Assembly (NCBI RefSeq): GCF_006345805.1
Contig: NC_042999.1
Location: 136,090,001 to 136,154,000 of the forward strand
Direction: 5' to 3'
Length of the DNA: 64,000 bases
Source: Octopus sinensis
Lineage: Eukaryota
Of this stretch, positions 13,343-25,068 are shown in pieces. The first letter of the stretch is position 1. Every line of letters starts with the position of its first letter. The position numbers and the translations under genes were made by a program. Under the pieces are notes generated by a model. The model made no database searches and was not told the origin of the DNA. It saw nothing but the letters and a program-made list of their open reading frames with translations.

Positions 13343-13650
13343 GTATGTATATATCTATGTGTGTGTCTTTGTGTCTGTGTTTGTTCCCACCACCACCACC
13401 ACCACCACCACCACCACCACCTCCTGACAAGTTGGTGTTGGTGTGTTTACGTCTCCATACCTGACAAGTTGGTGTTGGTGTGTTTACGTCTCCATAACTT
13501 AGCTGTTTGGCAAAAGAGACCAAAAGAATAAGTACTAAGCTTAAAAAAAAGGAAATCCAAGGTGTTGATTTGTTTAACTAAAACCATTCAACATAGTGCC
13601 CCAGCATGGCCACAGTCAAATGGCTGAAACAAGTAAATAATAGAAGATAA
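13042..13650 (+). mobile_element. SINE family A with expanded (TCTG/TCTA)n and (CAC)n centre
   Basis: Head, core and tail all match family A; short internal tandem duplication near 13423-13497. Confidence 0.9.
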
Positions 13651-14082
13651 AGACAAAACTATACAAACCATAACAGAGTTCACTATATTCCACACTCTAA
13701 AAGATAGCTCTTCTAGGCACAGCCCACATTCTATGCAAAAGACTTTTAATTTCATAGCATAACTGAAAAAGTACACTCTGCACACAGTACATATTCTACA
13801 CCATGACCATCCAGTAAAATAACACAATGCAAACTTCTACGAAACCAGCATTCATACTAAAACACAAACTACTCACACAATTCTTATTCTACACAGTTGC
13901 AGCCCATTAATTTTTGCACAAACTGTGTACAATATGCTTTACTCAATCACCTCCAGACATTAAAACACAACTCCAATCACACAGCATATGTCAAACACAA
14001 AAGCCAGTTTTTCTCAACCATTTTTTACCTATGAATCCCTTCGATTCCTTTTTTTTCTCAGCTGGACCCTCTTAGCCATTTG

Positions 14083-14300
14083 GACACTTTATTTCATGTT
14101 ACTCCAGTCCACTCAGCTGGCAAAAATGAGTAGCACCTGTAATTCAAAGGACCAGCCTTGTCACATTGAATCTTCCTGAGAACTACTTTAAGGGTACACA
14201 AGTCTGTGGAGTACTCAACCACTTGCATGTTAATTTCATGAGCTGGCTGTCCATTGATCAGATCAACTGGAACACTCATTGTCATAACTGACAGAGGGCC
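14083..14300 (+). mobile_element. SINE family C, headless
   Basis: GACACTTTATTTCA core and ATCAACTGGAAC tail as in 27611-27933. Confidence 0.8.
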
Positions 14301-14327
14301 AGTTATTAGGAACAGTATAAAAAAGTT

Positions 14328-14535
14328 ACTCTTTCACTTGTTTCAGTCATTTGACTGTAGCCATGCTGGAGCACTGCCTTTAGTCGAGCAAATCGACCGC
14401 AGGACTTATTCTTTGTAAGCCTAGTACTTATTCTATTGGTCTCTTTTGCCGAACCGCTAAGTTACAGGGATGCAAATACACCACTATTGGTTGTCAAGCA
14501 ATGTTGGGGAGACAAACACAGACACACAAACATAT

Positions 14536-14590
<55 letters not shown>

Positions 14591-14754
14591 CGACGGGCTT
14601 CTTTCAGTTTCTGCCTACCAAATCCACTAACAAGGCCTTGGTCAGCTTGAGGCTATAGTAGAAGACACTTGCCCAAGGTGCCATGCAGTTGGGATGAACC
14701 CGGAACCATGTGGTTGGTAAGCAAGCTACTTACCACACAGTCACTCCTGCGCCT
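14328..14754 (-). mobile_element. SINE family A, full length
   Basis: Reverse strand begins AGGCGCAGGAGTG; complete tail. Confidence 0.9.
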
Positions 14755-15119
14755 ATGCTGTAAAAATATTTTGTCTATTGTAGAAGTATAACCAATTTAA
14801 TGCAGATAAATTTTTACAGCAAAATCTTATACGGATTCTCAAGGACCACATGATCTAAACAATAAATAAAACACTAAAGTCACACCAGAATCACTAACCC
14901 AAATACCCCAACACTGATGTAGTATACAATCTTAATTCTACATTTCCAGGAAACAATGCAACATGGAGGTGCTCTTGGTGCAGCAGCATCTCACAAAACT
15001 GTTGAAAGCATTTTATGATAACGACGACGATACCACCACGACCACCACTACAACAACAATTTTCTTTGTATAAATGACTAGCATGTGCGTTTGGATGAAG
15101 TGTTCCATGCATAGGGTTT

Positions 15120-15670
15120 TTCTCAATCTAATGCATCCATTTCCTTTTTTTGTCCAGTTCACTATTCCAGCACTATAATACATAATGGTAACTATCCAAG
15201 CATTTCATCACATTTATCAGATTCCTTGAATTAATTTTGGACATCAAAACAAGTTTTAATCTCTCTATATTGTTTTCTTCAGTTTCTTCATTTCCTGTTG
15301 CATTATATCATCGAGTTTCAGTATGTCTAGTTACTTGTATCCATTCTTACCAGGTTTTAAGATCTGTTCTTTCAGTAAGCTTATTCCATTAAAATGAGAA
15401 TTCTTCATGGCTAAAGTTGCACATTTTGATATACCAAACTCCATCCTAATATTATTGCAGCACATCTTTACTATATTAACAACTGAACTGATCTCCTTTT
15501 AAAACTTTGTAATATATATAAAAGTTATAAATGAAGGATAGCTGGTTTAGAAGGTAAATTTCTTCCTAGTTTGTGACCTATGCTGATGTGTTTTAAGTCA
15601 GTGAGATAAATATGAGTGCAATGACAAATAACAAGGGGGAGAAAGAGTCACCCTGGAAGATACTCACTAG
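15120..15670 (-). mobile_element. R4/Dong-like RT remnant
   Basis: Minus strand SIFQGDSFSPLLFVIAL (GIFQGDSLSPLLF-type RT motif), then IRMEFGISKC. Confidence 0.65.
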
Positions 15671-15862
15671 CATAGCTAAAGGTAGACTGAGGGGGTGGCC
15701 TGCTCTAGGCAGCACTTTTATGGGGACGGCATCACTTTTGGGTCTGCTGTAGGCTCTAAGCCTGTATAGGCTGTATTGAAATAATCAAATAATAGTGGTT
15801 TTAATGTTGGGACACAAGTTGTATGCAATAAGGGGACATGAACACATACTCCCACACACTTT

Positions 15863-15893
<31 letters not shown>

Positions 15894-16059
15894 TACTTAA
15901 ATCTATGCTCCTTTTGGTTTCTATCAATTAAATCCATTCACACATGGCTGAAGTAGAAGTGCTGTGCACTAGGAACGAATCCAGAACCCTGTGGCTGCAA
16001 GGCAAACTTCTTAGTCATGCAGTCAGGTCTACAACACGCACACATATATGTATATAAAC

Positions 16060-16265
16060 TGGCGGTTACAACATTGAGGACTCCAGCTGATCTGATCAAT
16101 AGAATAGCCTGCTCATGAAATTAATGTGCAAGTGGTTGAGCACTCCACAGACATGTGTATCCTTAGGGAGATTCAGTGTGATACAAAATGTGACAAGGAT
16201 GGCCCTTTAATTTACAGGCACTACTCATTTTTGCCAGCTGAGTGAAATGGAACAATGTGAAATAT
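16060..16265 (-). mobile_element. SINE family C fragment
   Basis: Reverse match to 27720-27933. Confidence 0.75.
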
Positions 16266-16312
16266 CCCTTGGTTGTTATAACTGCTAACTCTGCTTACCT
16301 TATGTATATATA

Positions 16313-16390
<78 letters not shown>

Positions 16391-16396
16391 TATATA

Positions 16397-16681
16397 TCAC
16401 GTGATCACGTGACCGACCAGACCATCAGATGTTGTTACACATCGCTGGTCACAATGCGTTCGCATTGTTTTAGCCTTTGAATGACGCCACCCAGCTGGCT
16501 AAACAAGCAGGCCAACAGAAGAAACTGTGGGAGAAAGAGTGGTGAAAGAGTACAGCAGGGATCACCACCCCCTGCCGGAGACTCGTGGAGCTTCTAGGTG
16601 TTTTCGCTCAATAAACACTCACGACGCCCGGTCTGGGAATCGAAACCACTGCCCTAACCACTGGGCCATTGCGCCTCCACA
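16397..16681 (-). mobile_element. tRNA-derived SINE, family E, between (TA)n tracts
   Basis: Reverse head GTGGAGGCGCAATGGCCCAGTGGTTAGGGC (A box) then GGTTTCGATTCC (B box); CpG-rich, so probably young. Confidence 0.75.
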
Positions 16682-16717
16682 TATATATATATGTATGTAT
16701 GTACGTACGTACGTACG

Positions 16718-16751
<34 letters not shown>

Positions 16752-16962
16752 CTAGGGCTGCTGAAAAGTGCCTGGCTTTAAGGGTTTCAAAAGGCCTGGT
16801 CAGAGGCCCAGCCTTCCAAGTCATTTTACAAGGTTTAAAAAAACTGAAGGATCACTGTAATAAGTGTGTGAATCTGAGAGGTGAATATGTTGAATAAAAT
16901 CATAATTAACTGATCCCACATTTTCCTTTACCCAAAGCCAGAAACTTTTCAGCACCCTCTTA
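16752..16962 (+). mobile_element. mariner-derived MITE
   Basis: Inverted termini GCTGAAAAGTGCCTGGCTTT / AAAGCCAGAAACTTTTCAGC; interior encodes mariner C-terminus KCVNLRGEYVE. Confidence 0.75.
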
Positions 16963-16964
16963 CA

Positions 16965-17011
<47 letters not shown>

Positions 17012-17519
17012 GCAATCTAGAGTATAACCAGCTGAAATTGCAAAGATAATCTGGAACTCGACTGAGGAAAGAAAACTCCGAATAACCTGTCCTTGTTTTC
17101 TTTGTATCATCTATCTGGACGTTTTGTTGTCCCTTTTTTGTATCACCTAACTGTCTGGATGTTTTGCATTCTTGTCCCATTTTGTATTATATATACACAC
17201 ACACATACACACATGCACTCTCCCTCTCTCTCTGTCTCACAAAAAGACCTCACAGACAATCTATCTTACTATGGTGGTATATTAAATGCATTGCACCCAA
17301 CCATTGAAATAAAGTGGATGGCAATATGAAGGTTATTTAGTTATAAAAGCCCTACCACAACTCATAATATGCACAACAAAAATGACTGGAGACTTTCTCT
17401 GTTGTTGCATAAAGAAAGGGACAGGGATAAGAAAATGTGTTGGAACAGAACCATACAACCCATGCTGGCATAGTTAAAAAAAAAAAAAGTAAAATGAAGA
17501 TTATTCTCCCCTCAGGTGA

Positions 17520-17735
17520 AGTGTATTGTCTTACAAGTTATTAGGTAACCTCATTGCTGTTTGTGCCCCATGAAAAGCACACAGTACACTGTAAACTGGT
17601 TGGCATTAAGAAGGATATCTATTCATAGAAATCATGCCAAAGCAGATAACAGAGTTTGGTACAATCTTCTGACTTGCCACATTCTGTCAAACTGTCCAAC
17701 CCACGCCAGCATGGAAAACATACATTACATGATGA
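17520..17735 (+). mobile_element. diverged RTE-tail element
   Basis: GGTTGGCATTAAGAAGG and CTGTCCAACCCACGCCAGCATGGAAAA followed by (GAT)n. Confidence 0.7.
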
Positions 17736-18371
17736 TGATGGTGGTGGCATTGGAGATGGTGGTGGTGGTGATGATGATGTTGAGGAGGAGGATAATGATG
17801 TTGGTGGCAGTTGATTTTAAATCAATAAAATTAAATATGTATTATTACATATAGACAAATCAATATGAATTATATGTGTTGCACACACAAAGACTGATCT
17901 AAGTAATGCATTGTATGATGTATTCATATACATCAGAAGATGAATGATGAGTATATGAAATATAAGTAGCATATATTTTTAAAATTCAGACAGCATATAT
18001 AAATGTATATGTGTAAAGTAACTTCTATAAAGTACTGAAAAGTTCTGAAAAGTACTGGAACTTTTTAGCACTCTCTCACAATGTATGTAATATCAGAATA
18101 ACAAAACTGATATAGAGTGTGTACAGCATACATTAATACCTAAAAGAGAGTATGTGTATTAAATATAAACACATATATGTAAAGAAACTCGTATAAACCA
18201 TATGTAGTGTATATAAACACATTAGGCTAAGTGACAAGTGTAAAATACGTCATGCATATAAAATATGTGTAGTGTATATATAGACACCTGAGTAAATAAT
18301 GAAGTAAGTTTTAGTAATATTACTTGTTTTATGTGTGGATATATAAATGTGTAATGTATATAAGCATGTGA

Positions 18372-18727
18372 AGGTGCATAGCTTGGTGGTTAGAGCATCG
18401 GGCTTACAATTGTGAGGTTGTGAGTTCAATTCTCGGATCAGGTTGTGTGTTGTGTTTTTGAGCAAAACACTTTATTTCATGTGGCACTAGTTCACTGAGC
18501 TGTAGAAATGAGTTGCGACATCACTAGTGCCAAGCTGTAATGGATTTTGCCCTTCCTTTGGACACCATTGCTGGTGGGGAGAGGGGAGAAGGAAGACAGA
18601 AATGGATAAGCAAGTAGACAAGTGTTAGGCTTCCACGAACAACCTGGCCTGGACCCGTGCCTTAGAAGGGAACTTTCTAGGTACAATGCCATGGTCATTC
18701 GTGACCAAAGGGAGTCTTTACCCTTTT
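18372..18727 (+). mobile_element. SINE family B
   Basis: Homologous to 1670-2008 along its length. Confidence 0.85.
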
Positions 18728-18869
18728 GCCCTATATAAACATATTAGTACAAAGTAACTAATATGCAGTAACTGTTGTGTATATATACACGTCAACGGAA
18801 TAATGAAGTAACTTTTAACCACATTGCTTGTGAAGTGTATATATTAAGATATATATATATATTATATAT

Positions 18870-21657
18870 ATCAGAGTAAGTGACAGAATACTTAAGATTA
18901 GATTAGTGCTTCATCATAGTTTAGCAACCATTATATCAGCCTATGCTCCTCAGTCAGGGCTACCCGATGGACAGAAAGACCGATTCTATGACACTCTACT
19001 GCAGACTACTTCATTGACGAACGACAGAGACCTTATCTTTGTGGCTGGTGACTTCAATGGTCACGTTGGACGACATGCTGGGGGCTTCCATGGCGTACAT
19101 GGAGGCTATGGCTATGGCTCCCGCAACGAGGAGGGAACCAGGCTGCTGGAGTTCTGCGATGCAAATAATCTTATGATTTACAACACTAACTTCAGGAAAC
19201 CTACCAGCCACCTAGTCACTTACCAATCGGGCCAACATACCAGCCAAATTGACTACATCCTTACAAGGCAAAGGGAGAGATGGCTGCTTATAAATGCCAA
19301 AACCTTCCCAGGTGAAGAATGTACCCCACAACATAGACTGGTAGTTAGTGACTTTAGGATCAGGACTAGGAGGACAACCAGAAGACGACAAATATGGAGA
19401 AGAAGGATCTGGAAGCTTAAAGATCCTGCAAATGGACAGAGATTTAGGGACATATTACTTGAAGCCTCTGACGAAGTAGAAGGGGATAGAGCATCACGGG
19501 GGTAGAAGACAGCTGGACGTTTCTAAGGGACAACCTGCTGAGAGCCACTGACCAGATCTGTGGCTGGTGCAAAGTCCCCTCTCGACCTAGAATAACGTGG
19601 TGGTGGAACAATATTGTAGACAGGGCTATTAGAGAAAAGAGACAGGCTTGGAAGGTCTGGAAAAATGGGGGTAGCAGGGAATTGTATCAGACTGCCAAAA
19701 GAGAAGCTAGGAGACAGGTTTATTTAGCCAGAGGGGAAGCAGATAAGAAAAAATTTGCCAATGTTCTGCGCCGTGAGGACCAAAGACTGGAGGTGTTTCG
19801 TGTTGCAAGACAGTGTGTGAGAGAGAATCGTGATGTGGTAGGAGAGAAGTGTGTTCGCATGGAAGATGGTTCACTTGCGCTAAATGAGGATGCAAAGAGA
19901 GAGGTTTGGAGATGCCACTATGAAAGGTTGCTGAATGAAGAAAATGAATGGGATAAAGAGAGTCTGCCGAATGTTGACCCAACAGAGGGACCAGCTATCC
20001 GAGTTGATAGTTCTGTGGTAGCTAAGGCAATTAGAAGCATGAAGACAGGGAAAGCCCCAGGCCCATCAGGAATCACTGCAGAGATGCTCAAAATGTCTGG
20101 TAGTGTCGGCTATAGCCTAGTCACCCATATAGTTAATCAGGTGATACACAAAGGGGTCATACCCAATGACTGGTGTAGCAGTATAATAGTCAACTGCTAC
20201 AAAGGTAAAGGTGATGCCCTAGATACAAATAACTACAGAGGTATCAAGCTGTTGGACCAGGTGATGAAGGTTACGGAGAGGGTCATAGCCCAACTAATTA
20301 GAGAGAGAGTTAGTTTAGATGAGATGCAGTTTGGGTTTGTGCCAGGGAAAAGTACTACTGATGCTATATTCCTGGTAAGGCAGCTGCAGGAGAAATACCT
20401 AGCCAAAGATAAGCCCCTGTACCTGGCTTTTGTTGACATGGAGAAAGCCTTCGACAGGGTCCCCCGATCCCTTATCTGGTGGGCAATGAGAAAACTAGGG
20501 ATAGATGAATGGTTAGTGAGAGCTGTGCGGGCCATGTATAGGGACGCCGCTAGTAGGGTGAGGGTTGGAAATGAGTACAGTGAAGAATTCCGGGTAGAGG
20601 TAGGGGTCCACCAAGGCTCAGTACTCAGCCCCCTCCTATTTATCATAGTCCTCCAGGCAATAACGGAGGAATTCAAGACAGGATGCCCTTGGGAGCTCCT
20701 CTATGCTGATGACCTTGCTCTAATTGCTGAGTCGCTATCAGAACTGGAGGAGAAGTTTCAGGTGTGGAAACAAGGATTAGAATCGAAGGGCCTCAGAGTC
20801 AATCTAGCTAAAACCAAAGTCGTAATCAGTAGGAAGGTAGACAAATCACAAACACCTTCAGGTAGATGGCCCTGCTCGATCTGTAGAAAAGGTGTAGGTA
20901 GAAACTCTATAAGATGCACCAAGTGTAAGCTATGGACACATAAGAGATGCAGCAATGTCAAAGGAAGGCTAACTAGGAAGATGGTTTTTGTATGTGGCAG
21001 ATGCTCAGGAACAATAAACACTGAAAATGCTCTGAGACCAACTTCCGTCACTTTCCAGGGAGAAAAACTAGAAATAGTTGATAGTTTCCGTTACCTAGGT
21101 GACCAAGTCAGCAGCGGGGGCGGGTGTGCTGAAAGTGTAACTGCTAGAGTAAGAATAGCTTGGGCAAAGTTCAGAGAGCTCTTACCTCTGCTGGTGACAA
21201 AAGGCCTCTCGCACAGAGTGAAAGGCAGACTGTATGATGCGTGTGTACGAACAGCCATGCTACATGGCAGTGAAACATGGGCCGTGACTGCTGAGGATAT
21301 GCGTAAGCTCGCTAGAAATGAAGCCAGTATGCTCCGATGGATGTGTAATGCCGGTACTCACACTCGGCAGAGTGTAAGTACCTTGAGAGAAAAGCTGGAC
21401 CTAAGAAGCATCAGTTGTGGTGTGCAAGAGAGACGTTTGCGCTGGTATGGTCATGTGGCGAGAATGGATGAAGATAGTTGTGTGAAAAAGTGCCACACCC
21501 TAGCGGTTGAGGGAACCTGTGGAAGAGGCAGACCCAGGAAAACCTGGACGAGGTGGTGAAGCACGACCTTCGAACTTTAGGTCTCACTGAGGAAATGACT
21601 AGAGACCGAGACCTCTGGAAGTGTGCTGTGCGCGAGAAGACCCGGCAGGACAAGTGA
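18870..21657 (+). pseudogene. APE endonuclease-reverse transcriptase polyprotein (partial; two 1-nt frameshifts; track ORFs 18906-19505 and 19682-21559)
   Basis: APE motifs IISAYAPQ, GDFNGHVG, QIDYIL, QHRLV; RT motifs KAPGPSG, YRGIKLL, QFGF, FVDMEKAFD, GVHQGSVLSP, YADD (20702-20713), FRYLG; RTE C-terminus RLRWYGHV..RGRPRKTW; corrected stop TGA at 21655-21657. Confidence 0.93.
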
Positions 21658-22246
21658 GTCCACAACCCGTGGCCTTCTACATGGGATGGAGCCAGCCTAC
21701 GTATGCATACCTTCCCTTCTTGGGACACAAAACTCTACTTGTGAAGACGTGTTGAGGCAAGTGAGGATCAGAATCGAAATCGATCAATGGAAATTGCGGA
21801 TGTGCTACCAGTGCCGGTGGCATGTCGAAACTCTGCTTGTGAAGACCCATTGAGGCAAGTGAGGATCAGAATCGAAATCGATCAATGGAAATCGATCAAT
21901 GGAAATTGCAGATGTGTTACCAGTGCCGGTGGCATGTAAGAGAACTTTCCGTTTCGCGACCGTTGCCAGCACCGCCCCGTTTCGTGTCCGTTGCCAGCCT
22001 CGCCTGGCCCTCGTGCCGGTGGCACATAAAAAGCACCATCCGTTCGTGGAGGTTTGCCAGCTCTGTCTGGCACCAGTGCGGGTGGCACGTAAAAAGCACC
22101 CACTACACTCACGGAGTGGTTGGCGTTAGGAACGGCATCCAGCCGTAGAAACACTGCCAGATTTGACTGGGCCTGATGAAGCCTTCTGGCTTCACAGACC
22201 CCAGTAGAACCGTCCAACCCATGCTAGCATGGAAAACGGACGCTAA

Positions 22247-22281
<35 letters not shown>
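18870..22281 (+). mobile_element. RTE-clade LINE, 5'-truncated, young, PHD finger inside RT
   Basis: APE + RT coding region, repeat-containing 3' UTR, (GAT)n tail, (TA)n on both flanks. Confidence 0.95.
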
Positions 22282-22310
<29 letters not shown>

Positions 22311-22384
22311 ATATATATATATTCCTGATGATTTCATTTGAATGAAACAGTTCTAGTCCTGTAGAAGCTCCTTCTACAAAATAA

Positions 22385-22429
<45 letters not shown>

Positions 22430-22461
22430 TTCACATATAGAAGAATAAAAGAATATATATT

Positions 22462-22670
22462 CTTTTATTCTTCAATTTGTTTCAGTCATCTGACTGTAAC
22501 CATGCTGGAGCACTACCTTAAGGAGTTTTAGTTGAACAAATCAACTCCAGGACTAATTTTTTGTAAGCCTAGTACTTATTCTATTAGTCTCTTTTACTGA
22601 ATCGCTAAGTTATGGGAATGGAAATACACCAACATCGGTTGTCAAGCAATGGTGGTGGAGGGACAAACAC

Positions 22671-22706
<36 letters not shown>

Positions 22707-24752
22707 TCATCATCATCATTTAATATCCACTTTCCATGCTGGCATGGGTTCGACAGTTTGACTGAGGACTGGTGAGCTGGATGGCTGCATCCAGTCTGAT
22801 CTGGCAGTGTTTCTACAGCTGGATGCCCTTCCAAACACCAACCACTCCGAGAGTGTAGTGGATGCTTTTACGTACCACTAGCTTGAGCGCCAGTCAGGCA
22901 GTACTGGCAATGGCCATGCTCAAGTGGTGTTTCTTACATGCCACCTGTACAAGAGCCAGTCCAGCAGCACTGGCAATGACCTTGCTCGAATGTTGTCTTT
23001 CCCGTGCCACTGGCACAAGTGCCAGTAAGGTGATGCTGGTAAGGATCACACTCGAATGGTACTTTTTACATGCCACTGGCATGGGAGCCAGTCAGCGACC
23101 CTGGCAATGATCATGCTTGGATGGTGCTCTTAGTGCTCTACTAGCACGGATGCCAGTCAAGCGATGCTGTCATCGAATTTGATTTCGATTTCACTTGCCA
23201 ACAGGTCTTCGCAAGCAGAGTTTAGTGTCCAATGAAGGAAAGGTATGCATAAGTGGGCTGGTTACACCACTGGAATAGGCCATGGGTTATGGTCTCACTT
23301 GGTTTGCCAGGTCTTCTCAAGCACAGCATATTTCCAAAGGTCTTGGTCACTAGTCATTGCCTTGGTGAGGAGTAATGTTCGAAGGTTGTGCTTCACCACC
23401 TCATCCCAGGTCTACCTCTTCCACAGGTTCCCTCAACTGCTAGGTGTGACACTTTTTCACACAGCTATCCTCATCCATTCTCACCACATGACCATACCAG
23501 TACAATCGTCTCTCTTGCACACCACATCTGATGCTTCTTAGGTCCAACTTTTCTCTCAAGGCACTTACACTCTGTCAAGTAAGCACACTGACATTACACA
23601 TCCAGCGGAACATACTGGCTTCATTCCTTGCAAGCTTACGCATGTCCTCAGCAATCATGGCCCATGTTTCACTGCCATGACTGTACGTCCACTGCCATGA
23701 CTGTACGTCCACTGCCATGACTGTACGTTTAGCATGACTGTACGTCCACATGTATCATACAGACTACATGAGAGGCTCTTTGTCATCAGCAGAGGTAGGA
23801 GCTCTCTGAACTTTGCCCAGGCTATTCTTATTCTAGCAGCTACACTTTCAGAGCATCTGCCCCCACTACTGACTTGATCACCTAGGTAACAGAAGCTATC
23901 AACTACTTCTAGTTTTTCTCCCTGGAATGTGGCAGAAGTTGTTCTCTGCACATTTTCAGTGTTTATTGCTCCTGAGCATCTGCCACATACAAAAACTATC
24001 TTCTCAGTTAGCCTTCCTTTGATATTGCTGCACTTCTTATGTGTCCATAGCTTACACTGGGTACATCTTAAAGAGTTTCTACCTACGCCTCTTCTACAGA
24101 TCGAGCAGGGTCATCTACCTGAAGGGTTTTGTGGTTTGTCTGCCTTCCTACTTATTAGGACTTTAGTTTTAGCTAGGTAAACTCTAAGGTCCTTCGATTC
24201 TAATCCTTGCTTCCACACCTGAAACTTCTCTAGTTCTGATAGTGACTCAGCAATTAGATCAAGGTCATCAGCCCAGAGGAGCTCCCAGGGGTATCCCGTC
24301 TTGAATTCCTCTGTTATTACCTGGAAGACTATGATGAATAGGAGGGGGCTGAATTCTTCACTGTACTTGTTGCCAACTCTCACCTTACTGACAGCGTCCC
24401 TGTACATGGTTTGCACAACTCTCACTAACCATTCATTTATCCCTAGTTTCCTCATTGACCACCAGATAAGGGATTGGGGGACCTTGTCAAAGGCTTTCTC
24501 CATGTCAATGAAAGCCAGGTACAGAGGTTTATCTTTGGCTAGGTATTTCTCCTGCAGCTGTCTTACCAGAAATATAGCATCAGTGGTGCTTTTCCCTGGC
24601 ACGAACCCAAACTGCATCTCATCTAAACTGACTCTCCCCCTAATTAGTTGGGCTATGACACTCTCCATGACCTTCATTACCTGATCCAACAACATGATAC
24701 CTCTGTAATAATTTGTATCTAAAGCGTCACCTTTACCTTTGTAGCAGTTGAC

Positions 24753-24799
<47 letters not shown>

Positions 24800-25068
24800 T
24801 ACACACACACACATACAGGGTGCGATGAGTAAATTGTTGCTGTTTTATATTTTTAATCATTTGAGCAGGTTGTTCGGGAAAAGCTGAACACTCAGGAGAG
24901 CCCATCATATCATATATATGAAATCTTAGTTTCCATGTACTAAATACGCTCACAAGACTTTGGTTGGCCCAGGGCTGTAGTAGAAGACATTGCCCGACTA
25001 CATGGTTCTGAGTTCAGAACCATGTAGTTAAAAAACAAACTTCTTACCACAAAGCCACTCCTGGACCT
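22462..25068 (-). mobile_element. SINE family A split by an RTE insertion (tail 22462-22680, head 24925-25068)
   Basis: The two halves are collinear and separated at the central microsatellite. Confidence 0.75.
22703..24755 (-). mobile_element. RTE-PHD LINE, second copy, 5'-truncated and decayed
   Basis: Track ORFs 24111-24695 and 23655-23951 match the RT of the first copy; WADD replaces YADD, GVHQG segment deleted, in-frame stop; (CAT)n tail at 22703. Confidence 0.95.

Noticed and set aside
19498-19505. Programmed frameshift or separate ORF1/ORF2 at the APE-RT break
   Set aside because: RTE APE and RT are normally one ORF; no slippery heptamer; a 1-nt deletion explains it
20233-20676. Antisense ORF opposite the RT (also 24301-24684)
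   Set aside because: Usual shadow frame of a coding sequence; no independent motif
21930-22100. CRISPR-like repeat/spacer appearance in the UTR arrays (also 44815-45110, 50725-50930)
   Set aside because: Spacers are mutually homologous, the arrays lie in LINE UTRs, the context is eukaryotic and there are no cas genes
23668-23745. 20-bp unit repeated three to four times in the second RTE copy
   Set aside because: Local slippage in a dead copy; similar small duplications at 7674, 13423 and 52595
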